DNA from: Selaginella moellendorffii
Lineage: Eukaryota > Plantae > Lycopodiophyta
Direction: 5' to 3'
Length of the DNA: 64,000 nt
Assembly: GCF_000143415.4 (NCBI RefSeq)
Contig: NW_003314262.1
Location: 658,078 to 722,077 of the forward strand
The stretch's first letter is position 1, and every line of letters starts with the position of its first letter. The notes beneath the pieces were generated by a model that saw only the letters and a program-made list of their open reading frames with translations, had not been told where the DNA came from and searched no databases. The translations under genes were made by a program, and so were the position numbers. Positions 1 through 11,350 of this stretch are shown here, piece by piece.

Positions 1-2097
1 GAACGTCAAGGACAGCAACTGCCGACGGCATAGAATCTTCATCTAGAAAATCCACAGATGCTAGAACAACAGGTTCGTCAGAAACATGAGAAGTGAGTGG
101 AGAAGGAAGAGGAGCTCGAGAGAGGGCATCAGCATCAGCCATAGAACTCCCTGGGCGATGAACAACATCGAAATCATATATCTGAAGCTTCAAAGCCCAT
201 CGAGCCGTACGACCAACCAGGTTCTTCCACTTCAATAATGAAGTAACAGCAGCATGGTCACCTTCAAGTAACGTCCGAGAACCATGTAGATAGGCATGAA
301 GTTTCTCGAAACCCCAGACCGCTGCTAAACACTCCTTCTCCGTCGTGGAGTAGTTTATCTCCACTGGTTGAATTTACGGCTTATGTATGCAATGGGATGG
401 CGCTGACCAGGCACACTCGAGCTCTCTTGCATCAACACACCTCCAAGACCAATGTCAGAAGCATCCACGCGCAAAATAAAAGGTCGAGTGTAGTCAGGAT
501 ATGCCAAAATCGGAGGAGTCGTCAATAGCTCTTTGAGATTCACGAACGCCCGCTCACAATCGGGAGACCAGATGAAAGATGACGTTGATGACTTCAGCAA
601 CGCTCGCAATGGTATAGTGCGATCGGAAAGATGATCCACAAAACGACCGAGATACTGCACCTTACCCAAAAAGTGCTGCACATCATTCACACACTTCGGA
701 GTAGGGAACTTTAGAACAGCCACAAGTTTGTCAGGATCAACTTGCAAACCCTCACGAGAAATACGGTACCCAAGATAAGTTGTGTCCTTGGACCCAAACA
801 CGCACTTCGACCGCTTCAGCTTTAAACCAACGTCGCATAGCCGATCCAACACTTTACAAACATCACGAACATGCTCCTCCCACGTCCCCTCCGAGTGGAT
901 CAAGACATCATCAATGAAGTCAGCCGTCACCTCCGGCATATCGCAAAGAACCTCGTCCATCATCCGCTGAAAAGTTGCTGGAGCATTGTTCAAACCAAAC
1001 GGCATCACCAAAAACTCGTACAAACCAAATGGTGTACGAAAAGCAGTCTTAGGAATATCATCTTCAGCCATCGGTACTTGCCAATACCCAGAAGCAAGAT
1101 CTAGCTTGGTGAACCAACGACTTCGCCCCAGACGATCCAAGAGATCAGCAGTGTGAGGAAGAGGGTACATGTCCGGGATTGTCACTTCATTTAACGGACG
1201 ATAGTCGATGCAGAAACGAATACTCCCATCAGGCTTCGTCACAAGATGAGGTTCACATGCCCAAGGACTCCGCGACTTCCGAATAACACCCTTCTCCAAC
1301 ATCTCCTTGATGTTTGCACGTAAAATCTTGATCTCCTTGGGTGACCGACGACGAACAGGAACCTTGATTGGACGAGCATCCCCGGTTGGAATGGGATGAT
1401 GTGTGGCAATCTTGGCCCCAGACGATAGGTCAAATTCAAAGAGATCAGAATACTCCTTCATAAGCTGGTCAACAGCTACAACACAAAGATCATCGAAGGG
1501 ATCGGAAAAGGGAAGAGCAGAACAAGATGGAAACACAAGAGGAAATAATGGGGGAACAAAAGTAATGGAAGCAGAGGTAAAAGTAGAGGGACGAAGAGGT
1601 ACGGAAGTGAGAGGAATGGATGAAACATAAGGAAGTATGAGACAAGGGAGAAAAGCCTCAAAGTCACACTTGGCATGATTGTGCTGCAACCAATCCATAC
1701 CAAGAATGAGGTCAAAAGATTGACTCGGCACCACCCGCAATGACTGCAACTCAAGCTCGAGATCGCCCACACGCACAACCAGGTCCGCCTCATCTCGTGC
1801 ACATGCATGTGTATGGCCGTTGCCATAAAGAATGAAAACTGGATCTGCCGCACGACGCAAGTGTAGACGACAACGTGTGGCAACAGGTCGAGCAATAGAA
1901 GATAAACTCGAACCTGTATCAACCAACATGGAGAGAAGAATAGGAGACCTCTTGTTATAAAAACGAGCTTGGAAAGTAAACACTGGATGAACCGGTGCCG
2001 AGTGAACCCCTTGATGATACTCCCGAAAGAAAGATGGAGGGGTCACTAACTTATTCGCGCAAGGTCCCTCCATTACTCGCGCGACTCCTCTTTTCCC
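1..2097 (-). pseudogene. pol: Pol (protease-RT-RNase H) in the -1 frame relative to gag, frameshifted at about 366
   Basis: ORF 355..2208 carries PR/RT/RNaseH motifs and stops at ISRKFNQWR*. Another frame resumes with EINYSTTEKECLAAVWGFEKL...DH...ARWAL...VVHRPG...ADALSR, consistent with a 1-bp deletion. Confidence 0.9.
2034..2097 (-). promoter_or_regulatory. -1 programmed ribosomal frameshift signal (G GGA AAA + H-type pseudoknot)
   Basis: Heptamer at 2097-2091 in gag frame, 6-nt spacer, stem1 UCGCGCGAG/CUUGCGCGA, stem2 AUGGAGGG/CCCUCCAU. Confidence 0.85.
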
Positions 2098-3005
2098 GAA
2101 TGCACCTTGGTATCCAAACCTTCCACCGCAGCAGCACCAACGGGACGTTGCTGACGCCAAGGGCTCCACCCAGGAAATGGAGGTCGCCAATCCGGAAAGC
2201 ACCGACAACGCCGATAAGTATGACCAACTTCATCACATGCCCAGCAACGAACGTCACAGCCACGACCACGTCCTCGCCCTTGTCCTTGGACTCGAGTAGC
2301 AGCAGCATCAACCTCCATGGGAACAAGACCATCACTCATAGGAAGTGGAGCTGAAGGACGTGTAGCAAGAAGTGGAAGAGGCGACGTCTCATAACGTTGT
2401 GCCAAGCGAAGAGCATTGTCAAGAGTGGCAGGAGCAAGTGCATGCACAAGTCCGACAAGATCTTGACGAAGTGCTAGCCACAGCATTCCTAGCTTGATCC
2501 GCTCCGACATATTTGGCTCCGCACGAAGCAAAAGACTTCGGAAACGAACGCCAAATTGCATCACCGACTCAGATGGCCCTTGGCGAAGACGATGCAATTG
2601 TTGGAAGGCATCATCACAATCGTCGGCGTGTCCGAAGGTGCGTTTGAAGACGTCCGGAAGAACACTCCAATCGCCACGAGTAGCTGCGCTCAATCCATTG
2701 TACCACTGCAATGCCGTCCTTTGAAGACATGTGGGGAACTCACGCAAATGTCGAGTATCATCCCAAGAATGATATGTGGCAATCACCGTGAAGTGATCGA
2801 ACCAATGGTACACATCATCCCCAGGATTCCCACGAAAGAACTCCGGCCGAACGCGAGGATTGGCACCAAAAGCAGGAGGAGTTGTACCATGTGCTGTGAA
2901 CGCCGCCATCAACTGAGTTTGGTTGTTCAATTGCAAGCGCATAGCATCAAGCAATTGAACCAACTGCTGCTCTAGAGTCAAAGGAGGAGATTGCGGATCG
3001 GCCAT
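2073..3005 (-). CDS. gag: Retrotransposon Gag (capsid + CCHC zinc knuckle)
   Basis: 310-aa ORF; capsid-like segments (PEFFRG...W; LRQGPSESVMQF) and CWACDEVGHTYRRC = CX2CX4HX4C. Confidence 0.93.
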   Translation of the reverse strand: MADPQSPPLTLEQQLVQLLDAMRLQLNNQTQLMAAFTAHGTTPPAFGANPRVRPEFFRGNPGDDVYHWFDHFTVIATYHSWDDTRHLREFPTCLQRTALQWYNGLSAATRGDWSVLPDVFKRTFGHADDCDDAFQQLHRLRQGPSESVMQFGVRFRSLLLRAEPNMSERIKLGMLWLALRQDLVGLVHALAPATLDNALRLAQRYETSPLPLLATRPSAPLPMSDGLVPMEVDAAATRVQGQGRGRGRGCDVRCWACDEVGHTYRRCRCFPDWRPPFPGWSPWRQQRPVGAAAVEGLDTKVHSGKEESRE

Positions 3006-3066
3006 GAAAATGAATGAGAAAGAAAGAGCAAAAGAAGAGAAATGACAAAAAGCTGGAAAGAAATGG

Positions 3067-3186
3067 TAGATCTAGACAATGCAAAAAGCTAGATCTAAAC
3101 CAAAATCCTGAAAGGAAAGAACAAAAGAAAGGAAATGGAAAAAGCTAGATTTAGACAATGCAAAAGCTAGATCTAAACCGAAATCC
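3067..3186. repeat. Two imperfect ~41-bp direct repeats in the retroelement 5' leader
   Basis: TAGATCTAGACAATGCAAAAAGCTAGATCTAAACCAAAATCC (3067-3108) vs TAGATTTAGACAATGCAAAAGCTAGATCTAAACCGAAATCC (3146-3186). Confidence 0.85.
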
Positions 3187-3226
3187 CAAATCCAAGCACT
3201 CCTCAGGGACAATTAAAGGTGCTCCT

Positions 3227-3237
3227 CATCTCCACCA
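3227..3237 (-). promoter_or_regulatory. Primer-binding site, complementary to tRNA-Ala 3' end
   Basis: Minus strand TGGTGGAGATG is the complement of ...CATCTCCACCA, the 3' end of plant cytosolic tRNA-Ala as recalled. Confidence 0.7.
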
Positions 3238-3238
3238 A

Positions 3239-3412
3239 TGTGAGTGCATGGAATATGGAAAGGGAATACAGCAATGTGCATCTCAATTAGCCCAAAAACC
3301 CTAGCTTATATACAGGAGCAAGTGGTCCGGATTGAAATCAATCCGACGGTTACCAAAATCCACTACGCTAATATTAGTATACGGCATTGTAGCCGTACAC
3401 TTGGCCCTCACA
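3239..3412 (-). repeat. Putative 5' LTR (174 bp)
   Basis: Bounded by TGTGAG...CTCACA inverted termini; TATATAAG (minus) at about 3305-3312; followed after 1 nt by a PBS. The second LTR is outside the window, so LTR identity and TSD cannot be confirmed. Confidence 0.8.
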
Positions 3413-3983
3413 ATAGCTAAATATATGCTTCATAAATTATTAAATAAAACTTATGACTAAGCCTAGATATGTAAAAAAAAATATTTTGGAAATAATTGAT
3501 TTGAGTTTTGAGTTTAAGGATGAAAAAACATATAGGAATCTATAGAAAATTTCGACCAACAAATGTTTACATAAAATAAATGATAAATTGGTAAAATTTA
3601 TGAGCCTTGTGATGCAAGATGTCTTCAAGTTTGCAAAAATAAAAGAGAATTGTCCCTCATTTGTACAGTCCAGATAAAAGGTTTATTGTGAATTTCTTTG
3701 TTGTCTTAGCTTTGCAACAAACCATATCATCAGTCTTCTTGCTTAAGCCTTTCATAGCATACTGGTTGTGCGCTCGCTTTGTAAGCGAGAGGTCGTGAGT
3801 TAAGGCATTGCATATGCTTTCTTTTTCCGCGGCTTGGAGATGCAAAGCTCAAGCGATATATGATCCACCAAATTGAAGCTTCGATCAGGCCCCAGTTCTT
3901 ACATGGTACTTGGCATCACAAAAACATTAGTCGAAAAGTGAGTAAAAACTTACATAGAATCAAGAGAAAAAAAGGTACCAAGT

Positions 3984-5512
3984 CTATCTCCATGCTCGTA
4001 AGAGCATCCCCAGAACTAGAGCACTGCCGAAAGCAATATGAAGCCTAACACAAAAGTATTTGGCAAGGAATATTTTTTTCTTGTCCTGCAATTAATCACT
4101 TGTTATTGGCCATCGAAACCACAAAAGACTGTATACTTACGTGATGATTTGACGAGACAAAATCCACAACCATTTTTCCAACCGGGAGTGTGAGCAGGCA
4201 CAAAGCCGCACACGGCAGAGGCAATGCTTTGAGAGCCGCTAGAGCACAAAGCCCTGTATACAGCCCAGTGACTAGGAAAGTCACAACTTTCGACCCATTC
4301 TCCGTGCCAAGCCTCACCTGACATAGATATCAGAGTGATGGATTAGCACAGTAAAACTCTCTCTTTGTGTAAAACTCGCATACCAGTGGAGAGATCTTGC
4401 CAACAGCTTTGTCATCTTCGATCTGTGCTTGGATGAATAACACGAGTGACGAATATTTGCAATGTACCTGATGGAAGTGGCTGCACAAGAGAATGAGCGT
4501 GGTTGTGATGCCCACCAGTGCGGAAGCTCCCCACAGTGTGGGTGTTAAAGGAAGAATCCTACGAAACGGAGACTCGTTGAAAGACTGACGAGAAAGCTTT
4601 TGAAAAGTTTACGCTTTGTGTGACTGGCTGAGGTAAAATGCAGTCGTTGCAAATGGCCCGAAAGCAAGAAAGCAGAGAGGCTCGCCCAGTCCCTTGTAGC
4701 TCAGTCGAAAGGGAGGACACTAATGCAAGAACAAGGAAAGTGAAAACCAGTTTTTTGTCAATCTCAAGTACCTGATAGATGTATCCGCAAGAGATTGCTG
4801 CAGCAAGAAGAGACGCTACTCTTATATCGGATGCGACCAAGGCTGCTCTCAGAAGTCCCGCACAACCAAACGCGAGGCAAGCGACCGACGCTAATAATAC
4901 TCCTCGCTGACTGTTTCTCGAAAGACCAAGGATCTAATTAGTAAATGATCCTGGAAGTAAGAAGTTACCTTCCAGTGATGTTCACAACTGATTCTTTCTT
5001 GTTTTTGTCCACACCAGTGTCGGCATCGAATGCATCATTGCTGAAACAAGCTTAGAACAGACATTGTCTGGCATATAGTACCTTAGATTCAACCACGTGA
5101 TGACGAGCACTGACGATACGAGTAACAACGAATATTGTCCACCATCAAACGCTCCACTCTCGAGAAATGCAGTAGCCGAGCCTACCTGCAACTAAAAGTT
5201 TCAGGCAACAATACAAAAAGCTTGGATAAAATCACTCTGTACCGAGAGAGGTATCAACGCGACTGAATAGATGGGGAGCTTCACTGCTCTCCAGAGAAGC
5301 TGCAAATCGCTCAGCTCTTGTATGCTTTCCGTGGGCGGAGATTCCTCCCGACTTTCAGTAAGAAGGCTCAAATTCGCTTCTTGGAAGCAAAATGCTACTC
5401 GAGCTTTGCGGGAGGCACTCACATTGGTGACGGGAAAAGCGCGCGAGGAGCATTGGAGTCTTTTTCCGGAGGTCCGCGTGCAATAGAGAGCAAGCTCAAT
5501 AGCCAATGCCAT
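3984..5512 (-). CDS. menA: 1,4-dihydroxy-2-naphthoate phytyltransferase (UbiA family, phylloquinone synthesis), multi-exon
   Basis: Exons encode LLWRAVKLPIYSVALIP, ITWLNL-SNDAFDADTGVDKNKKESVVN, LCSHFHQ-IEDDKAVGKISPLV, IFLAKYFCVRLH; transit-peptide-like N-terminus (plant ABC4). Confidence 0.92.
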
Positions 5513-5594
5513 ATCCAAGAATTACCTTCTCAACACCTAAAATGACTTTGACATTAGCGTGGATAAAGTGTGATAATACACAAACAAATTGTAG

Positions 5595-8041
5595 TTACGC
5601 TCTGGTTTTCTTCTTCATTCTTTTGCCAGCTCGGAAAACCGCGAGTATCTCAATGCTGCAGAAAGTTTCAAAAAATGTTATGGCTGTCGATGACAATTTT
5701 AAGATGGCATTCACCTGTCAGTGCCGGGAAAGAAGTTGTAAGCATGAGCATTCGCCAAATGCCAATGTCCGTTCTCTTCCAGTGCCTCACAATCCTGTTG
5801 AAGAATGTCCTGAACGTCAAGTGAAGAAGAAAGATGCGACTAGAACCTGTTTGAATGAATCCCATCCACAGCTGACATATATCAACTGCTCTGGCCATAC
5901 ATCATCGTCTCGCCAAGTCGTTTCTCCCTCTCTTTGAACACCACCATCTTTCGCTCGCAACATCCACGGTCGTTTCTCAACTCTGAAACAAAATTGCCAT
6001 CCAGCTAATTCTACTGTCGATAACGAAAAACTTACTTATAGATTTCGTTTCTAGATGGCGATCTTGTTTTGCCTTGCGCTCTCAATGAAGCAGTTCTCAG
6101 AGCCTCAATAAGCACGGGCTGCAATCCTTTTCTTGGAGGATCAACAACAACCACATCTGCACCTTCCAACCACGTTATCGGAGCCTGCAATCCCAGAAAA
6201 CCACCGTCAAAAACATATGAACAAAAGCATAGAAGAGTGAAATCAACCTCTGCTGCATCTGCGCAATGCCAGCTGATTTGGCAGTCGACAGAAGCTGGTA
6301 ATCTCGAAAGAGAACGTTCAAAAGGCTCTTTGCAGTGCTTATTCACCTCGACGCACTTGACAAATCTACATTGTTGCAAGGTTATTAGACGCTAGCCATC
6401 ACCGGTAAAATGTGTCCACCTGCACTTTCTAGTGGCTGCCAAGCTCAAGCCAATGACGCCAACACCAGCAAACATGTCCACCACGGCACTTCCTTTTCTC
6501 ACGTATCTCTGAAGTCTCTGTAGAAGGTCCTCAAAAGACTAAAAATTCAATGTGTCATCAATCCGTTTGTCTACTTTCGGAAACAATGCGCACACCTGAT
6601 AGTTTGCTTGCCCAAAGCTGGAGGGAGCGTAACATACGTCCGCACCTCCAACACGCTCCCAGAGTTCAGAATGCCCAAACAAACGCCTCCACCTCTGTCC
6701 CAAGATTATCTGGTAACTCTCAAAAGTAAGCTACGCATCCTGAATTCCAAGTACTCACGTTAGTTTGCGTTGTTTGAAAGTTTGCCCAAATTGAATGCAA
6801 GAGGTCTCTTCGGCTTCCTTGTCCACCCCGTCTCCACAAACTCTGAAAAACACAAGATCAGAAAGAAGGCAAAACGAGAGACGACGATTACGTAGGCCAT
6901 CTTATGAAGAAGCTCCGTTCCTGGAGAATCCTCATCTCGACTGTTCCAAACCAAGGACACCTGCACTTTGCCTACAAGTATTTAATTAAAGCCTGGAAAA
7001 CTTGGAAAGGTCTCAGAACGAACATGTGTTCTTCCGCTGCTCAACAGGTACGGAGGTCACGTAGCTGTTAACAACAAGCTGAAAATAACGCGGCATTTGT
7101 TTAGTGAAATGAATAGGAGACGTATGTGAGAACCTGGATATAGCGCAGCTGCCCTGTGCACGTCTCGTCATCGTAAGGTTGCACACCAACGTCTCGTATA
7201 ACTGCAACGCAAGTGATTGTGGTAATTTTCCTTCATAACCAAAACGCACCTGCTTTGATAAGCTCAACCGCTGCGTTTATAGAAGGATGGTGGGCTGCTC
7301 AATACACACCATTTGCAAGAGTGGAAATTCAGTTCGAAGATGAATGCTTACCGCGGCATTCAGGAATATCGACAATACTGTGGCTGTGCTCCTCAAAAAG
7401 TCCAACAAATGGGTCATCAGACGTTCCACGAACTGCTAACTTAGCTCTACATCTCCATCCGTGCTGGTAGAGCGTTAAAAAACAGTCAAGTAGCCCTTTT
7501 TCAAGATGCAACATACCGTAGCACTGGGTATAAGCTGAAGCTTTGCAATTCGTCGTTTCTGGAAGAACGTGACAGCTTCGTTGTAAACAGGCGGATTGTT
7601 GAGTCCGTTTTCAAACGCACAACCGGAACACCTTAAAAGGAGAAAAGAAACTCAACTTGAAAACAATGTGTAGCTACCGTACCTTGAAAAATGCTGACAA
7701 TTTAGCTTGCTAGACGTTTTTACTTCTTCCTCTTCCTGCGGAAACTCCAAACCCAGTTGAACACCATCACTACTTGGTGCTTCCTCGTTCTGGTTTCCAT
7801 CTTCTTCTCGACCTTCGCTCCGCTGGTCTGTTGTCATGCTCCTGTCTGATAAGTATCTTTCCTTGCTTACTCTCCGCCCGGGAGTCCACGTCCTGTGAAG
7901 CTTGAGTTTGCCTGCGGCTTTTCTACTAGTCAGTGGTCTGGAAACCTCCACAGACTTCTTCCCTGAAGCAGCAACTACAAACCCAATCCTCCATTTTGAC
8001 GAAGAAACCAAGCTTCCATAGCAGGCGCAGCAATCCCCCAT
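5595..8041 (-). CDS. RlmD/TrmA-family RNA (uracil-5) methyltransferase, multi-exon
   Basis: WRCRAKLAVRG, VDIPEC, SFGQANYQ, VDMFAGVGVIGL, VVVVDPPRKGL, LIYVSC, YNFFPGTD-SIE motifs. Confidence 0.88.
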
Positions 8042-8112
8042 GAGAGTCACTAGGGCTGCAACCAGATTTGTTTTTGAGAACTATAAGCTAAGAACAAAGA
8101 AACCAATCTTAC

Positions 8113-9072
8113 TTAGTGCTCCTGCTCCACGTAAGAATGTGGATCTGACGAAGTCGAAGGCTGGCGATTATGTTGTTGTGGTTGCTGCTGCTGCTGTAGC
8201 CTAGCGTTGCTTTCTACGATCATCCTCGCGATCTGGAGCTGAGTTTCATTCCTCTTCAACTCCAGCTCCCTCATCACTTCCAGCCTCTTCAGTTCCATCC
8301 TTTCAAGAGCTTCAGTCACGATGCGAGCAATCTCTTTGGCATGACGCAACGGATTAGAACCGCAGGCGCTACCCTTTTTCCGCTTCTTGCACGCTTTGCT
8401 GCTATTCCTGGCCTGGCAATCGTCGTCATCATCCTCGTTATCGTCCTGCTGGTCGGACAAAAGTTGGCCACCTGATATCTCGTCTTGGACGTGCTGCGCA
8501 GCGGCTTGCAACGACGATGATCCAAACCGATGGTCCTGTTTAGAGTTGAGAACTCCACTTCCAACCAAACCTTGCTCGTCAGGTTCTTGGTGATGGTGGA
8601 GTAGTGGAAGAGTAGACGGTTGGACTTGAGGAGGATGAGTTTGCGGCTGGTGGTGGTGATTTTGCTGCTGCTGCTGGTGGAAGTGATTTCCAATCGTCCC
8701 AGTAACAAGTGCGGCCGCTGCTCCTAGCCTAGGATTTCGACCAACGATCTCCTCCATTTTCTGAAACCACGGCCAATCCGAGATCCCTCCATTCGTCGCC
8801 TTTCGGTCTCTCTCAATCTTAAACCTCCTCTTCATCACGTCCAGCTTGTTCTTGCATCTCCGGTAGCTGTAGACGGGCTTGCCTTGCGCGCACACCGAAT
8901 TGAGCTTGAAGATCACGTCCTGCCATCCCTTGGTGCCAATGCTTCCCCCATTGAGCTCGATGTACTTGTCGTTGTAGCAATCCAGCAGCGTGCTGACCGC
9001 TACATCGCTCCACTCATCCGCCGGCGGCATCGAGGAGGCCAGCATTTCCTTGCCGCTGCTGCGCATTCCCAT
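8113..9072 (-). CDS. Trihelix (Myb/SANT-like, SIP1/ASIL-type) transcription factor, single exon
   Basis: WSDVAVSTLLDCY...W...CKNKLDVMKRRFKIE...SDWPWFQKMEEI domain and C-terminal coiled coil (ERMELKRLEVMRELE). Confidence 0.9.
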   Translation of the reverse strand: MGMRSSGKEMLASSMPPADEWSDVAVSTLLDCYNDKYIELNGGSIGTKGWQDVIFKLNSVCAQGKPVYSYRRCKNKLDVMKRRFKIERDRKATNGGISDWPWFQKMEEIVGRNPRLGAAAALVTGTIGNHFHQQQQQNHHHQPQTHPPQVQPSTLPLLHHHQEPDEQGLVGSGVLNSKQDHRFGSSSLQAAAQHVQDEISGGQLLSDQQDDNEDDDDDCQARNSSKACKKRKKGSACGSNPLRHAKEIARIVTEALERMELKRLEVMRELELKRNETQLQIARMIVESNARLQQQQQPQQHNRQPSTSSDPHSYVEQEH

Positions 9073-9685
9073 AAACCCTAGGATTTCCGAGCCGCGCTCC
9101 GCGAGGAGATCGGCGCCCTGCCTTGGCGTTACCTGAGAAAGAAGACCAGGAATGTGGAGATCAGGGGAGATCGTCGCGAGAAAGCGAAAGATCGCGATTC
9201 AATCATCCGTAGCGCGCTCCTCGCCATAGCTACTCCTCGCTCCCATCATGCAATGTTTTTGACCCTCGACCATATGACATGTATCCAAAGAGGAAGAGAA
9301 ACACGTGGCATTCTTCCGATTTTCCCCTTGACAAGTCATAACAAACCGGCACTTTTTTACATTGATAAAGATGTTTACACAATATTGTTCTACCAATTTT
9401 TTTTTTCTGTACAGAGGCGTGTAGTGAGTGAGCTTGTGTGCTGCGCTGTGAGTAAAAGTGAGTGAGCTGTTACCCAAATCCAATCTCCCAATCCATCCAA
9501 TTTCGTGTTAGTCTTAATCCACCGCTAAAATAATCAATCGCGTCGCAAAGTAGCCACACTGGATTAGTGGCGCTAGCCCAAACGAAGGAACGATCCATCC
9601 ATTCGTCGCCTTCAATGGAGAGAAGATAGCCAATCCTCGACGTGCTTTCTCTGCTTGGCTGCAAGCAAAGCCACAAAGAAGAAAT

Positions 9686-10285
9686 TTAGGGTTCTTGGGA
9701 GGAGCGAGAGGGCGATCGATTGGCGGCGACATTACCTGCTGCGGCATTGCGATTGCTGCCGCTGGAGATTGTGGTGAGAAGCGCGGCGGCCCAGACGGTG
9801 GGAGGAGGAGGATTGCTGGCCGGGGCGGCGGAGGAGATATTTCGGCGCGTGCGCGAGGAGCCGTAGCAGGGCACAAGAACCGCGAAGCTCTCCTCGGAAT
9901 CGGAGCTAAAATCGGTGGAATGGGGCTCCAGCCAGCCGACGGACCAGTCGGAATCCTCCGATTCGGAGCCCGACATGCAGCATCCATCCGAGTGGACGAC
10001 CACCAGGTCGAATTCCTCGTCGAGCTGCCTCTCGCGGCACAGCTTCCACGGCCGCCGCGCACTAGCAGCCGATTGCGACGAGGAATTGGAGGAGGCGGAG
10101 GAGGAGGACCTGGGCCTCTGGCGTCGCCGCGATTTCCCCGCGCTCGCTCTGCTGCTCCTCCGGAATCGATCGCTCTCTTGCTGCTGGTGCTGCTGCTGGT
10201 GTTGCTGATTCTCTAGGGTGTTGCTGTTGCTACCACCGCTGGCGCGCCATAGCCACGGAGGGAGCTGCGATAGCGCCATCGCCAT
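9686..10285 (-). CDS. Conserved plant protein of unknown function
   Basis: 199-aa single-exon ORF with a motif block DWSVGWLEPH...SFAVLVPCYG recalled from an uncharacterised plant family; CT tract and G-box upstream. Confidence 0.7.
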   Translation of the reverse strand: MAMALSQLPPWLWRASGGSNSNTLENQQHQQQHQQQESDRFRRSSRASAGKSRRRQRPRSSSSASSNSSSQSAASARRPWKLCRERQLDEEFDLVVVHSDGCCMSGSESEDSDWSVGWLEPHSTDFSSDSEESFAVLVPCYGSSRTRRNISSAAPASNPPPPTVWAAALLTTISSGSNRNAAAGNVAANRSPSRSSQEP

Positions 10286-10783
10286 GATGATCTCCCTCTC
10301 TCTCTCGCTCTTCTAAGAGGGCGCGCGCGCGCGCTACAAATCCACACAAATTCCCTGGCGAAATCTATGGAAGAATGTGTCTGGGAAGGGAGGGTTTCAC
10401 GACGAAGGCGAAGAATTTGGACTAACTCCTACTTGAGCAACAGGGCATCTCTACCCACGTGGCGCCGCCGCGGTCGTCCATCGCCGCATCCGACGGCTGC
10501 CGTGTGGGGTCGTCTCACTCACACTTCTCCTCCAACTTGTTAGCTAGCACGGATTCCTCTGTGATGCTGATGGCGCTGCCTGGATTGCTCGCGTCCATCC
10601 ATTCGCGCAAGTGTTTTTAATCTAGCTTTAAAATATTGTTGGGGCGTAGGCTCTCACGCCTTTGTACTGGCTTTGTCTTGTTCCGTGTCAAGAGTCGTAC
10701 ACCAACGTATGATCAATCAATCAAATATGTTCCTTCTTTTTTACAAACCACAAACACAAGTATCTAGCTAGAAAGGTTCCTTA

Positions 10784-11350
10784 TCAATTGGAAACATCCC
10801 TGTTTTGAGCTGGTTCCTCGCCATGGGGAGGAGGCTGCTCGATTTCTTCGCGATGAGGTGGTTCCACAGGATGGGCAGAGTGATTTATTTCATTGCTCCC
10901 ACCTTGATCTTGGGGTGATTCCACGCGAGGAGGGTGCTCTACTGGATAGTCCTGGAGTTGTTCATTCTGCTGGGATCCATTCTGCTGGGGTTGGGATTGA
11001 TCCGGGTAAACTGGCACTGGGTAACGCATCCCTCCACCACCACCAAGAACTTGCTGCGCAACCTTGTTCCGTGCAACCAAACGCTCTTCCTCCGCCTTGC
11101 GGCTGGCCATCTCTCGCAAACTTGATTGCTTCTCCGAGGATTGCCTACGCAGCCCCTCGGCCCTGCCGTGCGCTGCCTCCCTAGCACCGGCGTCGAAAGG
11201 ATGAGCAATCTTACCTCCAACTTCCTTGGCGCTTGCAAAAGCATGATCAAGCTTCTCTCGGGCTCCAGATGCTAGCGTCACAATGTCTTCTTTGGCATTC
11301 GCTCGAGCCTCCCGCCTCATTGCATCCAGTGTCGCTTCAGATGCCGCCAT
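10784..11350 (-). CDS. LEA group-4 (LEA_1)-like hydrophilic protein
   Basis: Ala/Glu/Lys/Arg-rich amphipathic N-half (AKEDIVTLASGAREKLD...EAAHGRAE) and Pro/Gln/Glu-rich disordered C-half; no Cys or Trp. Confidence 0.55.
   Translation of the reverse strand: MAASEATLDAMRREARANAKEDIVTLASGAREKLDHAFASAKEVGGKIAHPFDAGAREAAHGRAEGLRRQSSEKQSSLREMASRKAEEERLVARNKVAQQVLGGGGGMRYPVPVYPDQSQPQQNGSQQNEQLQDYPVEHPPRVESPQDQGGSNEINHSAHPVEPPHREEIEQPPPHGEEPAQNRDVSN

Larger units (their letters stand above)
1..3412 (-). mobile_element. Ty3/gypsy LTR retrotransposon, 5' portion (continues off the left edge)
   Basis: Minus-strand order LTR-PBS-gag-protease-RT-RNaseH, with no integrase between protease and RT, is the gypsy order. 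Motifs LVDTGSS, RFCIDYRPLN, KLDLASGYWQ, MPFGLNNAPATFQ, FIDD, VDASDIGLGGVL. Confidence 0.96.

Noticed and set aside
355-2208. 617-aa ORF as a stand-alone gene with its own start
   Set aside because: The N-terminal part overlaps gag and lies upstream of the slippery site; better explained as pol entered by -1 frameshift.
3413-3650. AT-rich stretch beside the LTR as a MITE or second element
   Set aside because: No terminal inverted repeats or TSD that I could identify.
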